Part shown: positions 51,947-62,935 of the stretch, piece after piece
Position numbering within the stretch: the stretch's first letter is position 1
How the letters are laid out: every line of letters starts with the position of its first letter
Made by a program: the position numbers and the translations under genes
Notes under the pieces: generated by a model
Seen by the model: only the letters and a program-made list of their open reading frames with translations
What the model was told of the DNA's origin: nothing
Database searches by the model: none
From: Cyanophora paradoxa CCMP329
Lineage: Eukaryota; Plantae; Glaucophyta
Length of the DNA: 62,935 bases
Direction: 5' to 3'
Assembly: GCA_004431415.1 (NCBI GenBank)
Contig: QPMI01000442.1
Coordinates: forward strand, 1-62,935

Positions 51947-53150
51947 ATGCCAACGTGCACGCCAAGACCATGGCAAGGAGCGTTCGACTTGGGAGATGTT
52001 CAGTGCAAGCTTTTTTCACTACATGCTTATCGGAAAGCTGAAGTGCATGCGGTTACATGCAATCATCACAGCGCTTGCAATTGACTGATACAGTGCTTGC
52101 GTTCGGATTTCAGCAATCCGCCGTGGGCGAAACCCACTTTCCTACATCAAAACTCAATTACTTTCGATCGTACGATACATGTAGTGGCACAGGAGTGGTA
52201 CCCGCCGAGTCCAACGTTTTCGTGTGTTCCAGGAGCAGTGGGCCTCTTGATTCGCTTGTGGACATGTGTCATAAGCATTCGACCGCAGATTGTATTCGGA
52301 GGCAAGGGCAGTGTCCGAATTTCCGGAAATGTCACCTTCTGCTTCAAAGATCCCGACTCCGACAAGTACACTTGGAGGGGCAATGCAGGGTAAAGCTTTA
52401 TGTCGCGTTGTTGTTTACTTGAGGGGAATATATTGACGGCGCAGCTGGATGAAACACAACAAGAATGGGGAAAACAGTTCTTTGGAAATCGAAGTCCCAG
52501 GCTATACTATGTTCAGATCGCCCAAATCCGGCACCCCGGCAACTTTGTATATCGATGCGAAAGATCAGACGTACGAACTGGCAATCATCGTGAAAACAAG
52601 TGCGTGAACAAACGAGATCTGAGCATGGCCACGGCCGCGGGCATCAGATCCGTATCAACTCATGACATCAGATCTGCGCAAATCTTGCGTCGAAAATCTT
52701 ACATCAGAGGATAAAAAATGGATCGCGTTAACAGTATGTTTCTGCCTGAACTTTCCGCTCAGCTTCTGTTGAATGCGCGCTTCACGCAGGCGATGGCCGA
52801 TGCACTCGTAGGTTCCGAGAATTTGAAGCACTCAACGATTTCGACTTCAATGAATCGGAGTCCATCGCGCCTGGCATCGCTTGCTTATTCAACTGTGCAA
52901 GCTGCATTCCAAGCAAATTCGATCAACGCCACAGGCATCCGTTTCCAGAACTCTGCTACCGGCGAGCAGGTCGTCGAAAGCTTCATTTTGTACTGTCTGC
53001 TTTCGAATTCATGGGGCTCACTTCAGTTGCTCTGCAGTTAACGCTCTCAAAAATGTCTGGACAGTATATTTTTAGCGCAAGCCAAGATCATGAACACGCT
53101 GTCAAACGACAGCGCACCGGTGCTACGAAATCGAAACCACAGATAGAGGA
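51947..53150 (+). CDS. Spliced hypothetical protein
   Basis: Chain of + ORFs (52097-52393, 52400-52714, 52718-53041) with intron-like breaks; no domain recognised. Confidence 0.4.
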
Positions 53151-53248
53151 AGAACAGAATATCGACAGCAATGAATAAATCTCATTAGACGCTTTGTACC
53201 CGTGGTCGGCCCTGTACCCCGGCCGTGTGCATTGGGCGCCCCGATGTT

Positions 53249-53617
53249 ATGATGATCATGATCGGTCCAGAGAGAAGTTCGAATTCGATGCTCGATAGAG
53301 AATTACTTCAGTTGGATCATATGGCTGCAGCATCAGGCGCGAGTTTGTTTCGGCTTCAACGCGAGATGGAGCAAACGTATCGGGCATGTTTAGCCTGGGA
53401 CGTTCGAGTGACTGCCTTGGAGAGAAAGATCCTCCAAATGCATTCTCATGGTCTGGTCGCTGACCTTCAGCGCGCGTATCAGAAGCAGTCCCGTCTTTAC
53501 GTCAAGCGTCTTCAGCTAAGCCTCAAGCGCGCTGACATTTATCGCGACCTGTTAGCCGTGCATGCGACTCTGGCTTTGATTAGATCTCTGATGCTTTGTG
53601 CAATGCTGAACTCATGA
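53249..53617 (+). CDS. Small helical/coiled-coil protein
   Basis: Single ORF preceded by two GTACCC motifs (53196, 53214); L/R/Q-rich. Confidence 0.5.
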   Translation: MMIMIGPERSSNSMLDRELLQLDHMAAASGASLFRLQREMEQTYRACLAWDVRVTALERKILQMHSHGLVADLQRAYQKQSRLYVKRLQLSLKRADIYRDLLAVHATLALIRSLMLCAMLNS

Positions 53618-53679
53618 TATCACGATTGTTAAAATAAAACTGCAAGGTACATTTTCAATTGCACATGGCGGCACTGCAT

Positions 53680-55479
53680 GATCATTCCTTGGGCGATGCG
53701 CGTTGAAAAACGGTGACTATGATGTGGATTCGTGGGCGTGGTCACAGTTAAAGAGATATGCTTGCACAACGTTGCTGAATCCCCTTGCGAAATCCTCGTC
53801 ACACGCTTGTTTCAAATGAGTCTCGACATCCACCCATAAAATGCGGAAGTCGTATGTGGCCTGTGGTTAAACCCGTGACCTTCGAAACATGAAGAAACAG
53901 ATATGAGTTACCCTGATAAGGTTATTGTGGGTATTGATGTATGCCTCTGCCGCCGGCATCCAGCCGTCGTCCTCTTCATTTTGCGTTGCTGTCTCCCACT
54001 GCAGAAAACCAGAAGTTGAGATCTGCAAACGTTGCACAAAACAATAGCAGTAAACGTACTTCATAGATAGCTCGGGCAGTTTCAAGGCAATGCCCTCGCT
54101 CGCGAGTCATTTCCATAAGCACCAGCTTGGCAGGTCGAGTTCGTATTCCCACATTTACGTTTGCAGGTCGTTCATAATATGGTTTCAGCACATCCGCAGC
54201 CTTCTTGAGACCCATTTCAGCCACCCGGAATCGGATGTAAAGATGCTGCGAAGCCATTTAAAACACAAATCCTGTCCGCGATGCTGTCTTTGCTTGCAAA
54301 ATATCCTTCGAAACCTTTTACCTTAAGAAGGCTCTGATCCTTGTTGTTGAGATCGTCCCATTTTCGTGGGCGCCGAAACAGTGCCATGATGTTACTGATC
54401 TGAGCTTCTGAGATCACAGGTTCCAACAGCCACTCGCGAATGATGCCAGCGACGTGTGTCGGCAGAACAGGTGAACGTGTCGCAACGGGTCGCTTGTTGG
54501 AGAAGTCTGAGAAAGCGTTGCTTCGTGTTTCGTGATTCAACAAGAAAATGCGGGTGAAGGCAAAGCGAAGCGGGTGCCCAGGAGGAAAAATGGGTCGCAG
54601 ACGTGTGTTTCCGCGCCATGGGCCACTTCGGGTTGGAACCCAGCCATCAGTCTTCATCGTGCGCGACGCAGCCATCCACGTTTCCACAGATAAGCCGCAA
54701 TCGACTTCGTTGGTTATCACGTGAGCAAGAACTCCTGGTCGACGACACGGCCAAGGAGAGAGTAAAATACCATCACGCCAGTGCCGCGAGAAAAATCCGA
54801 CTTGGTCGCGGCAATGCCAACTTAGCTGAATGTCGTCCGGCCGTTGGACGAAACGAATGAATGTTGGGAAGGTGGTCTTGAACGGCGGGAATTTGTTGCA
54901 GGCTTGGCATGGATGAACAATATCACCGTGTTGCACGAAAAAATCTTTGCAGCAAAGACCACAGGCTTCTTTGCAGGCACATTTTACTGGAATTGCTTTC
55001 GGAAAACCGGAGTTGATCAGACGTGCTGTCACAGGATCGCTCATGTCGAAAGCGGGTGCGGGATTGCCGACATCCTCTGCAGTGGTCCTGAAAACACAAG
55101 GTCAATAACTCTAAAGCACTCAGCACACAAATGTTATTATCCACACCTATGCCTGCCGGCGCCAGTGCTGCCGGCCGCTGCCGATATCGATGGCGATACG
55201 GTCGTATCCAGCGACGTCGACTGCACCTGGTTTGCATTCTCCGCTCTCTCCCTGTCGGATGGCATGAGCGAAAACATTGTTGTCTTTCACTTCGAAAACA
55301 TACCCAGCTGACTCTTGAAACGTGTGCTCAAGATCTAAGTCTGCTGCCTCCGCTGCTGGTAGCACTTCGGGCGACAGGACGTCGACGTGCTCACCGTCTG
55401 GAGATTTAACGTCCCATGTATCATGTGCAGCCGAAGGGCCGAAGAGGATTTTCCTGATACCGCCTAGCATTGGCACCAA
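53680..55479 (-). CDS. Hypothetical protein of the unknown Cys-cluster family, paralogue 2
   Basis: CACKEACGLCC...PCQACNKFPPFK, HCRDQVGFFS, DGWVPTRSGPWRGNTRLRPIFPPGHP, LKKAADVLKPYY and ATYDFRILW all align by eye with the 21.4-23.4 kb gene. Confidence 0.78.
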
Positions 55480-55530
55480 AAAGTGTGGTTTCGAAGATGT
55501 ACCGCCCCTGGCGCTCTACTACCCCGACAT

Positions 55531-55632
55531 CCCCCCCCCCCCCCCCCCCCCCCCCCCTACAACAACAACAACAACAACTAAAACAACAACAACACACACA
55601 CGCATGTACACACACACACAAACACATCAACA
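55531..55632. repeat. Poly-C tract followed by (ACA)n/(AC)n microsatellite between divergent genes
   Basis: C-run at 55531-55557, then acaacaaca... and acacac... Confidence 0.9.
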
Positions 55633-55633
55633 C

Positions 55634-56309
55634 ATGCAAAAGTGCGTAGAGAATTCCGATGTAAATGTCACTCACGATGACTCACGATCACGGCAGATCG
55701 AACTCGATAACCTCGACGTGTAAGAGCTCGAGGCGTGTTACCTTCCCGGACGGCCATTCCTTCTGGGTTTCTTCAGACACAGTCGAACATCGGAATGCAT
55801 CTGGACAAGTATTGTGGACCGTAGAGCACAGTGCTCAGATTACAAGTGGCTCGCTGGATCTTTACAAATATTGCTCCATGTCGCGAACACACATGGCAGC
55901 CTTTCGTGAAGCGGGCTTATTCGGTGAGGCACTCGTGGTGGTTTCAAGTGAGACGGAGCTTTTGTTCTTGGACGTACTGTCCGGTGAGCAGAGGATCGTG
56001 TTCTCGGAGGACGGTGTTGCCGCGTGTGTGTGGACTGCGAGCAGCTGGCGCCCGTATCGCATCATCCGAGCTGGTCAAGCTGGCGAATGGGAGCACTTTT
56101 CGGCTAAATTCCCTTCTCGAGTGGAGCTGGACAGCGATAATTGGGACATTGTGGGGATGCCGGATCCCCATACTATCATCTGCCTTTTCCCCGATGGAAA
56201 CGTCAAGCGATTTGCGATTCACGGCATCAACGGCAACCGCAATGCCCTAATCTGTCAGTTTGAAAGCATCGCGATTGAATACGAAGTGCCTGTATCTTCC
56301 GAGAACTAG
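55634..56309 (+). CDS. Hypothetical beta-rich protein
   Basis: 214-aa ORF 55665-56309 with protein-like composition; start uncertain. Confidence 0.5.
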
Positions 56310-56377
56310 TTCTAGGTATACCGGAATGGAAATGGAAATTTGATTAATCTTGTCTGAAAACAAAGCTTGCGCTCCCG

Positions 56378-56530
56378 TGCGCGTTCTAGTGTTTAAGCCA
56401 GATACCGATATCTTGGCGCCCTAGGAGCTCGTGCGCGTTCTAGTGTTAAAGCCAGATATCGATATCTTGGCGCCCTAGAAGCAATCGATCGATATCGATA
56501 TCGATAATTTGCCGGCGCCCCCAGGAGCTA
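56378..56530. repeat. ~50-bp direct repeat x2 plus a degenerate third copy
   Basis: gtgcgcgttctagtgtt(t/a)aagccagata(c/t)cgatatcttggcgccctag at ~56378 and ~56431. Confidence 0.9.
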
Positions 56531-56751
56531 AAGCTGGTCCCCCCAGGAGCCAACATCGGCCAAAGGAGCGTCGGGCAAGTACCCCCCCCCCCTCGGGTTT
56601 TCCGGCAGCAGGTACCCCCCAACCGGTACCGGTCCGGTTGAATTCGTCGAGTCGCAGTTGTCAGCTCAAACTCGTACTAGGTGGCGCGTTCTAGTCGCGT
56701 GGTCAGCCGTGCTTACTTGCAAGCGAATACGGAGTGCTAGTATAATAAGCG

Positions 56752-58520
56752 ATGCAAGTGCTATACTCCACGGCCAGTCGCAAACGACGTCTGAGTGGCG
56801 GTAAGTCGTCTCTGAACGTGGCGTCTTGGAACGCGCGCCTGATTTTCAGCTTCAAAGTTCAAATCGGCCGAAGTTCAAATCCTTCATATTCGCCTTTGGG
56901 TGACGAAGCAGTGGGTATTCACATTCCCAGTGTATCCAAAACTCACGTTGCGGTACTAATGCCACTAACGCTGCAGGTTTCAGTGCAGTTTACGAGCCAG
57001 GTGCCTTCCCGTCTATCTCGCGAGTTTTGACTCTCAAACCTACTCAAACACAACATTCGAAGGCGAAGACTCAAACACACTAATACAAGACGAGTTTACA
57101 ATTCGAAAACCGTTGCGAAATCGCTTTTTGCGTCCAGGTGGGCACTCGGTTTCCTCGCCATTTTGAACCAAATGCCAACCCCCCAGCAGACATTCAGAAA
57201 TGCATTGTGCCATTTCGAGCAGTCATCCAAAACATTGAACAATTCCTTGCGTCTTCTGGAAAGGAAGCCAAACGAATCAACCTCTGCTTTGAAGTCTATT
57301 CATGGGCGCTTGCGTCGGTAACGCATACCGATCTTTGGGGTCCTGAGGTTGTTTTTTTCGAAGATCTTTTTATAAAAGGTGAGCTAAGCACACGCAGCCC
57401 GATCTCGTCAGGCCCTTTGAATCCAGCTTGCAGGCCTCAAAAGAGAATTGGACGTGTGCGGGTTCGGGCGTGGATTCGATCTTCTGTTTGCAGAGCTTGA
57501 CCCATTTCCAGTCATACCAAAACCGGAGGATATTTCATTAGCGAAGCTACTTGCTTTATGTATGATCGAACGTATGTTTTCGTTCTTTTGTCAAGACACA
57601 TGTCACCTGACAGTGCCCTAGATAATCCCGAAAACAAGTCATCACCACTTCATTCACTCTGTGTCCGAGCAGCATCGACAACGATATTCGCGGCGTGGGC
57701 AAGAGTCGCGGAATTGACCAAAGATCTCGAAACTGTGCTTCTGCACGAAAAAGAGCAGGACACGTTTCGTAACAGAGCTGTTCAAATTGCACGCTTAATC
57801 GTGTTTGGATATATGCATGCTGGTGAATTTTGATTCTTCGGTATTCGTTTTTGTGATAAAACGTTGCTGATCTATTTTTGTCGCAGCCTTGATCTGTCAA
57901 ATCCGTGCCCCAGCCGAAGTGCTTCTGAAGGCGGCTGTTGTGAATGCATTTCATGACCTCAGACAAGAAGTCCAGAATGATTTCATCCAACTCCATCCTC
58001 AATTGCACAGGGCTGATTTTCAGCTAGGTGTGTTATATTGATCGGTCTTTGTACATGTATGGTTGCCAATAACGTTTTGGAAGAAAATGTTTCGCAGGGT
58101 GCAAGCACTGCTGAACTTCGGTGCCTGGAACATTTATCGCTCGCAACATTGTATTCCGTGAGCCATGTGGGCGCAATTTGGCGCACAAGTTATCCTTCTT
58201 CGGCTTTGCGATCTTGTCTTCGAGCACACACTTCAATTCCGAGCTCGAGTCTCCAACGATTTGTATCCTTGCTTCTTGTTCTCGGTTTGTCGAACCTGAA
58301 GCTTCGATTGCAAAGATGCATCTGAGGCCCGAAAACAGAAATGCGGGAAAGATTTCAGTTGGGGCATCCTCATCGAATCAAACCTGAATCCGACTTGCGA
58401 AAAGATCCTTCTGAGAAGGTCAAAAAGCAGTTGGTTGACGCATCAGCTGCCTTCATCGACCTTGTGTTCAAGATGAGCGATATGCTGCAGAGCGCCCAGG
58501 GGATCCCTATTCCAAGTGAG
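56752..58520 (+). CDS. Spliced hypothetical protein (RKRR NLS-like)
   Basis: Chain of + ORFs 56752-57030, 57138-57500, 57558-57833, 58038-58325 and 58341-58523 with intron-like gaps. Confidence 0.45.
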
Positions 58521-58593
58521 TGAAATATTCCTTCCTATAAGGAATAGGGCCTTTTTAAGTGCCGTTTTTCTTGCGTCGTATTTCGAAGTCCTG

Positions 58594-60985
58594 ATGTCAA
58601 AATCAGAGACGCTCGCACAACATATGCATCACTCTATCGGCGCTCACGTGCACCATTCTACGCCGACGTCGGAGCAGTGCGAACCTGTCGATTCTGGTGT
58701 CCCATTGACAGCTTGGAGCCATTTGTGCTTGGACGTTTTGGACGCTCTTTTTGATGTCATCGGTCTCGCGGGCGTCCTCGACGCTCCTGATCAAGGACTG
58801 CTTCGTGTTTCCCAATACTTTATGCAGTCGTTCAAGAATCATCGTTGGAAAGAACTCCAAATTGGGACGCTCTGGGCCGACACCAAAGCTCTCCAGAAGC
58901 TGCGATGGATTCGACATCGTTTTGCAAACGGGTCTCTGAAGCTCAGGAACCCCCTTCAACTATCGATCACTCTTCACACTCAACCGGATATGTCTACGGC
59001 AACTCAAGCTGCCCAAGAAGTTCTCGGTCTTCTTCGTTGCTTATCGCGAGGAGGAATTCGCCTGCAGTCCTTTTTTCTCGAGTGTTCTGTTCCAGACTCC
59101 CACGCATTCCGCTCCGCTGTAATCGAAACACTCGGGAACGGTCTCTCGGCTGTTCGTCTTGACATTTGTGAGCATCGTAATATCCGGCACTTCGAGGAGT
59201 ATCTTCGACATACTGAAACTGATTCGGTGCCACATCTCAGCTGCGATTTTACCGAGCCGTCCAATTTCAGCGCATCGATTCCATCGATGCAACATTTCAA
59301 CACCTTCCTATCTTTTATGCAGAGTTTGCATCGCCTTCAGTCGCTTGATTTGCGTTCACATGGCATCGGCGGATTTTTCGAGCTGGATGATGTTCTACGA
59401 ATTGGAGCTGCAACGCGGGCACTCGTCTGTCTTCGTGTTCCTCTGCAGAATGTCACCGCTCGAACTCCTTCACAGCTCGTCGCTGCCCTTCCAAACCTGC
59501 AGGTGCTTTGAATGCATCCCACTCAACAACAAGTCTTATTTGCACAGGAACTGGAGATTCGGGGTGAAAACGTTCCTTTTTACGGCGCGGAAAACTCTCC
59601 ACCTATTGCTAGCAGTGGCAGTGTCAATTTGAAAACTCTTGGTAGCTTCGTTGGATTATTACTGGTGTCATACGTTCATTTATCTGAACTTCCACGTGCG
59701 CAGTGCTCGACTTTCCAATGCGAAAGGGGATGTTCACTGCGATCATAGCCTCGATTTTTGGTGTGATCGATTATCTGTCCGACACTGAAGACTCGGACAA
59801 AGAAATCGCGAGCTCATCGCGAACACTTCCAAATGTCATTTTCGGCGGTTCCGGGCCCCCGCAGACTGGATTTGGTATTTCGTCGTCTCTTATGGCCTTG
59901 AAGCATGGGGTCGTCTTCGATTGCAACGATATTTCTGCGATTGCTAAACTGGTCTGAAAGTATTTTTCAAACATTAAGCACGTTCTCTGACCTGAGTTCA
60001 GGAATCTTGTGCATTTCATGTTCCTTGCACATGGCTGGCGAAGCGAAATCTGGATTACTTTTCCCAATCAACATGCAAGATTCCGTTCAGCAGATCACTT
60101 CAGAGCATGAGTTATGTGATTTTGAATCACCATGAATCTAATCGACTTGCGTCACTTTCTTCAAATATACCGTCTCTCCTACATCTCCGCCTCACGTTTC
60201 ATCTGCGCTTCCGTCGCATATACGATGACATGGCGGAGCCGAATGAAGGGTTTATTGCCCATGAGAATCAGCAAGAATGCCTGTCTGCATGGAGTGATGC
60301 CCTCAGCTCTCGCCATCTCAGTTCCCAGTTAAAGAGTGTCAGCCTTCACCTTGTTGGAGCTCGAGATTATGTTTCGGTGGCACTTGCCGAACTCATCTTT
60401 GCAGCAAGGAACACGTTGCGTGAGTTTTGTTACGTGGGTGAACCTTTTGGAGAACCGGTCGCGATTGCTCTCTCGACATGCAAACGTCTTCAACGAATCC
60501 ATGTCGTTTTCGAAAACTTTAGACCTTCCAAGCTCTCAACAGAATGGCCGATAGGTTATCAGCCGCTTTCGGAAGCCCTGTCTTCCCCGCAGGAGAGCGA
60601 TGCATCTGTTCCATTGGATATTTGGATGCAAGAGCTGATTCCTTTGGCGCGATGCAAGCCGGACGTGCTGGCAGAGTGCAGTATTGCTTTCAGTCGTTGC
60701 CGCGGTAGTGTCACCGACGACTATGCCGCGCGTCTGCTTCACATTCTCCCATACTGGACGATTTCGGAGTGTTTGTGCGGAGGCCATACTGGACGAAATG
60801 CCTGCGGCTACGTCGTGTACACGGAGGGAAACGAGAAATGCCGTCTTCTGGACTTCCGTCAGCAGGCGGCGCAGCGCTCGTGTGATTTTCATTTTCGGGA
60901 TACATATGCAGCTATGTTAAGAGGACTTTACGGAGAAATGACTTGCATGATGCCGTCGTGTAATGAATGTCTTCCGGCTTCTTAG
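58594..60985 (+). CDS. F-box-like / LRR-like protein E
   Basis: WSHLCLDVLDALFDVIG...LLRVSQYF...RWKELQI parallels protein A (LSDFPEDLL...AWPELQL); LHRLQSLDL, LPNLQVL, IPSLLHLRL; the C-terminus CKRLQRIHV...LPYWTI parallels protein B (CANLERVDL...LPGWHI). Confidence 0.72.
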
Positions 60986-60999
60986 AACAGTGTACTAGG

Positions 61000-61735
61000 A
61001 CCAATCATGATCATGTACTGGAGTTAACGTTCCGATGGCCGGGCACGGGTCGTGATCTTGATCATGAGCCCCGGGCCCCGGGGCATGGCTGCCCTTCCTG
61101 CAGCTCAGCGGCTGTACATGTGATCGCACCTCGCCGCCGGCGCCCCGGGGGCTACTTGCCTCTGCCACTGCCGCCGTGCCACGCGCATGTACGGTGCTGA
61201 TCACGAATCATGCTCATGATCATGAGGCCCGGGCCCGGGGCTTGGTTGCCCTCCCTGCAGCGGAAGTCACATTTTCCCCGCCTGGGCCCCAGGGGCCTCC
61301 GCGGGCTCCCTTCAAGGCTTCCTAAAGATCTCAAAGTCTGCCAATGCCGCACTGCCACATGTTCACTGAGTCAGTGCTCATTACGAGACATGACATGATC
61401 ATGAGCCCCGGACCTGGCTGCCCTGCCTCAGGGCCTGCAGCTGTGATCCCACCGGTACCTCGCCCCGGGGGCCGGCGCCTCCGAGGCCGGGCGCCCTGAG
61501 GGCTCTAGCTCCTGGAGTCCTCGCCTCTGCCACTGCCGCCGTGCCACGCGCATGTACGGTGCTGATCATGAGGCCCGGGCCTGGGGCTCGTCATGCCATG
61601 ATGAGTCATGATATGATCATATAAGCCCCGGGCCTGGCTGCCCTAGGCCTGCCTTCAACTGTAGCCGATGTCACGATCGCAAGTCGTGGTACGGTCCGAT
61701 GATCATTATCGATATCATTCATGAGCCCCGGGCCC
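61000..61735. repeat. Third TCATGA/CCCGGG palindrome-rich tract with an internal ~46-bp direct repeat
   Basis: About 8 TCATGA by hand count; gcctctgccactgccgccgtgccacgcgcatgtacggtgctgatca at ~61158 and ~61523; repeated catgag(g/c)cccgg. Confidence 0.8.
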
Positions 61736-61942
61736 GGCTTCAATTTCTCCGGAGTTATGATTGCTCATTGTACACTAGCTTTTTTCCAAATAGCCATACG
61801 GGGCATTGTTGTATTGGCAGAGACCACAAATGCGACCTGAACGCTGGTAAATATAGGCTATTATATAGCCCGGGCCAGGACATTCGTTGCTAGGAGGGCT
61901 GGGACCTACCCAAACTGCCTTCCGAGTTCTAACTAGCCCCCC

Positions 61943-62180
61943 GGGGGATGGTGGAATGGGAAGGGGGGGTCTTGGCGGGGGGAGTCGGCACCAGGCAGGG
62001 TCGGGGGGGGGCCTTGGCGGGCGCTGGGGGTCGGGGGGTGGAATGGGAAGGGGGATCTTGGCGGGGGAGTCGGCACCAGGCAGGGTCGGGGGGGCCTTGG
62101 CGGGCGCTGGGGGGCGGGGGCCGCATGCCTGGGGGGGATGGGGGGTACGCGGACCGGCTTCGGGGGGGGGGGGGGGGGTT
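61943..62180 (+). repeat. G-run-rich ~88-bp direct repeat x2 plus poly-G (G-quadruplex-prone)
   Basis: ggtggaatgggaaggggg..tcttggcggggg(g)agtcggcaccaggcagggtcggggggg..ccttggcgggcgctgggg at ~61950 and ~62037. Confidence 0.9.
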
Positions 62181-62935
62181 ACGCGGTCGCGTGCCGCGAT
62201 TCCTCGGATTAGGCTAGCGGCAGTCTATGCGTAGCGTAGCCCTAGTCTAGTGCTATCGAGCAGCTAGCTCTAGCACTCTCTGTATTCTGATTAGCGCCGG
62301 GCGCGACTCCGTTTGGGGTACGCGATCCCTGGACGGTACACTTGTAATAGACCACTGTGCTCCACTACAGCCCCAGCCGTGCGTGACCGCACGACGCTGC
62401 ACCGGTGGGAATCCTATCATCCGACAGGCCCACTGCTCACGGAGCCAGAACCCCGATCATCAGCGACCCGTCATCAGCAACCGACCAGCTCGCACCAGCG
62501 GCTCATCCGGCGCGCAGGTAGACCTCAGCAGAGTCGTGGTCGCTTCTCGCGCCCCGCCTGCGCCGCTCCGGGCTGATCCGCAGTTGGCGACCGAACATTC
62601 TGGAAAGAACCAGAAACTTAGTCCTGCGGATCCAGGAACGCGCGCGAATACCGAGGGATCCCCGTCCCGATCGGATCGTCGCCGTTTCCTGAGCGAGCTG
62701 CGTGCGAGCCCGTGGGATCATTCCTGATCGGTCGCTAGTCACTCGCCGCGACGCCAGCCTTCTCCGGCTGTTGCGATCGTGCTGGACAAGACGAAGAGCG
62801 ATCGGATCGACGGCTGAGGCGTGCGCGCCCGAGCTGTCTCCGGAATCGCCGCAGCCGAGCTAGTGAGCTTGCTCGCCGCTGCTGTGGACCACGACGGCCT
62901 CGGATCTCGAGCGAGGCACATTCTCTCACGGAAAA

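Larger units (their letters stand above)
1..61900. mobile_element. Putative giant CACTA-like transposon or transposon-derived island with cargo genes (boundaries unproven)
   Basis: Transposase plus left-end repeat array; uniform moderate GC and intron style; internal paralogue pairs; no housekeeping genes. No inverted copy of the left-end array and no TSD found in the window. Confidence 0.45.

Noticed and set aside
62927-62935. CACGGAAAA at the window end as the start of another CAC-type TIR
   Set aside because: Only 9 bp are visible; indistinguishable from chance.
1-62935. Endogenous giant virus, Polinton/Maverick or Starship-type element
   Set aside because: No recognisable DNA polymerase, capsid, packaging ATPase, retroviral-type integrase or tyrosine recombinase; the genes are intron-rich. 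Very divergent versions among the orphans cannot be excluded.
1-62935. Naming the host organism
   Set aside because: Tiny introns and GC-rich host-like segments suggest an alga or protist, but no marker gene allows an assignment.

Overview
Eukaryotic DNA, gene-dense, with many very short (~40-65 nt) spliceosomal introns, so the ORF track shows only exon fragments. All gene boundaries below are hand-spliced estimates. The window holds a spliced CACTA/EnSpm-type (TNP2/Transposase_21-like) DDE transposase (~6.8-11.8 kb, +) and, at the extreme left, an array of GGTAAA(G/C) repeats resembling CACTA subterminal repeats. Around the transposase are about 20 tightly packed genes, none recognisable as housekeeping. 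One long gene appears to join a DOT1-like seven-beta-strand methyltransferase domain to an AWS-SET-postSET domain. A second long gene ends in a PR-Set7/SETD8-like SET domain. There are also five F-box-like/LRR-like genes, two paralogous class-III (PLP) aminotransferase-like genes, two paralogues of an unknown Cys-cluster family, a GC-rich gene full of SUMO-consensus motifs and several orphans. My best hypothesis is a giant (>60 kb) CACTA-like element, or transposon-derived island, carrying histone-methyltransferase and ubiquitin-adaptor cargo. No matching right-hand terminus is visible, so the single-element model is unproven. The frameshifts I could resolve are single-base losses in homopolymers, which points to long-read consensus error rather than decay.
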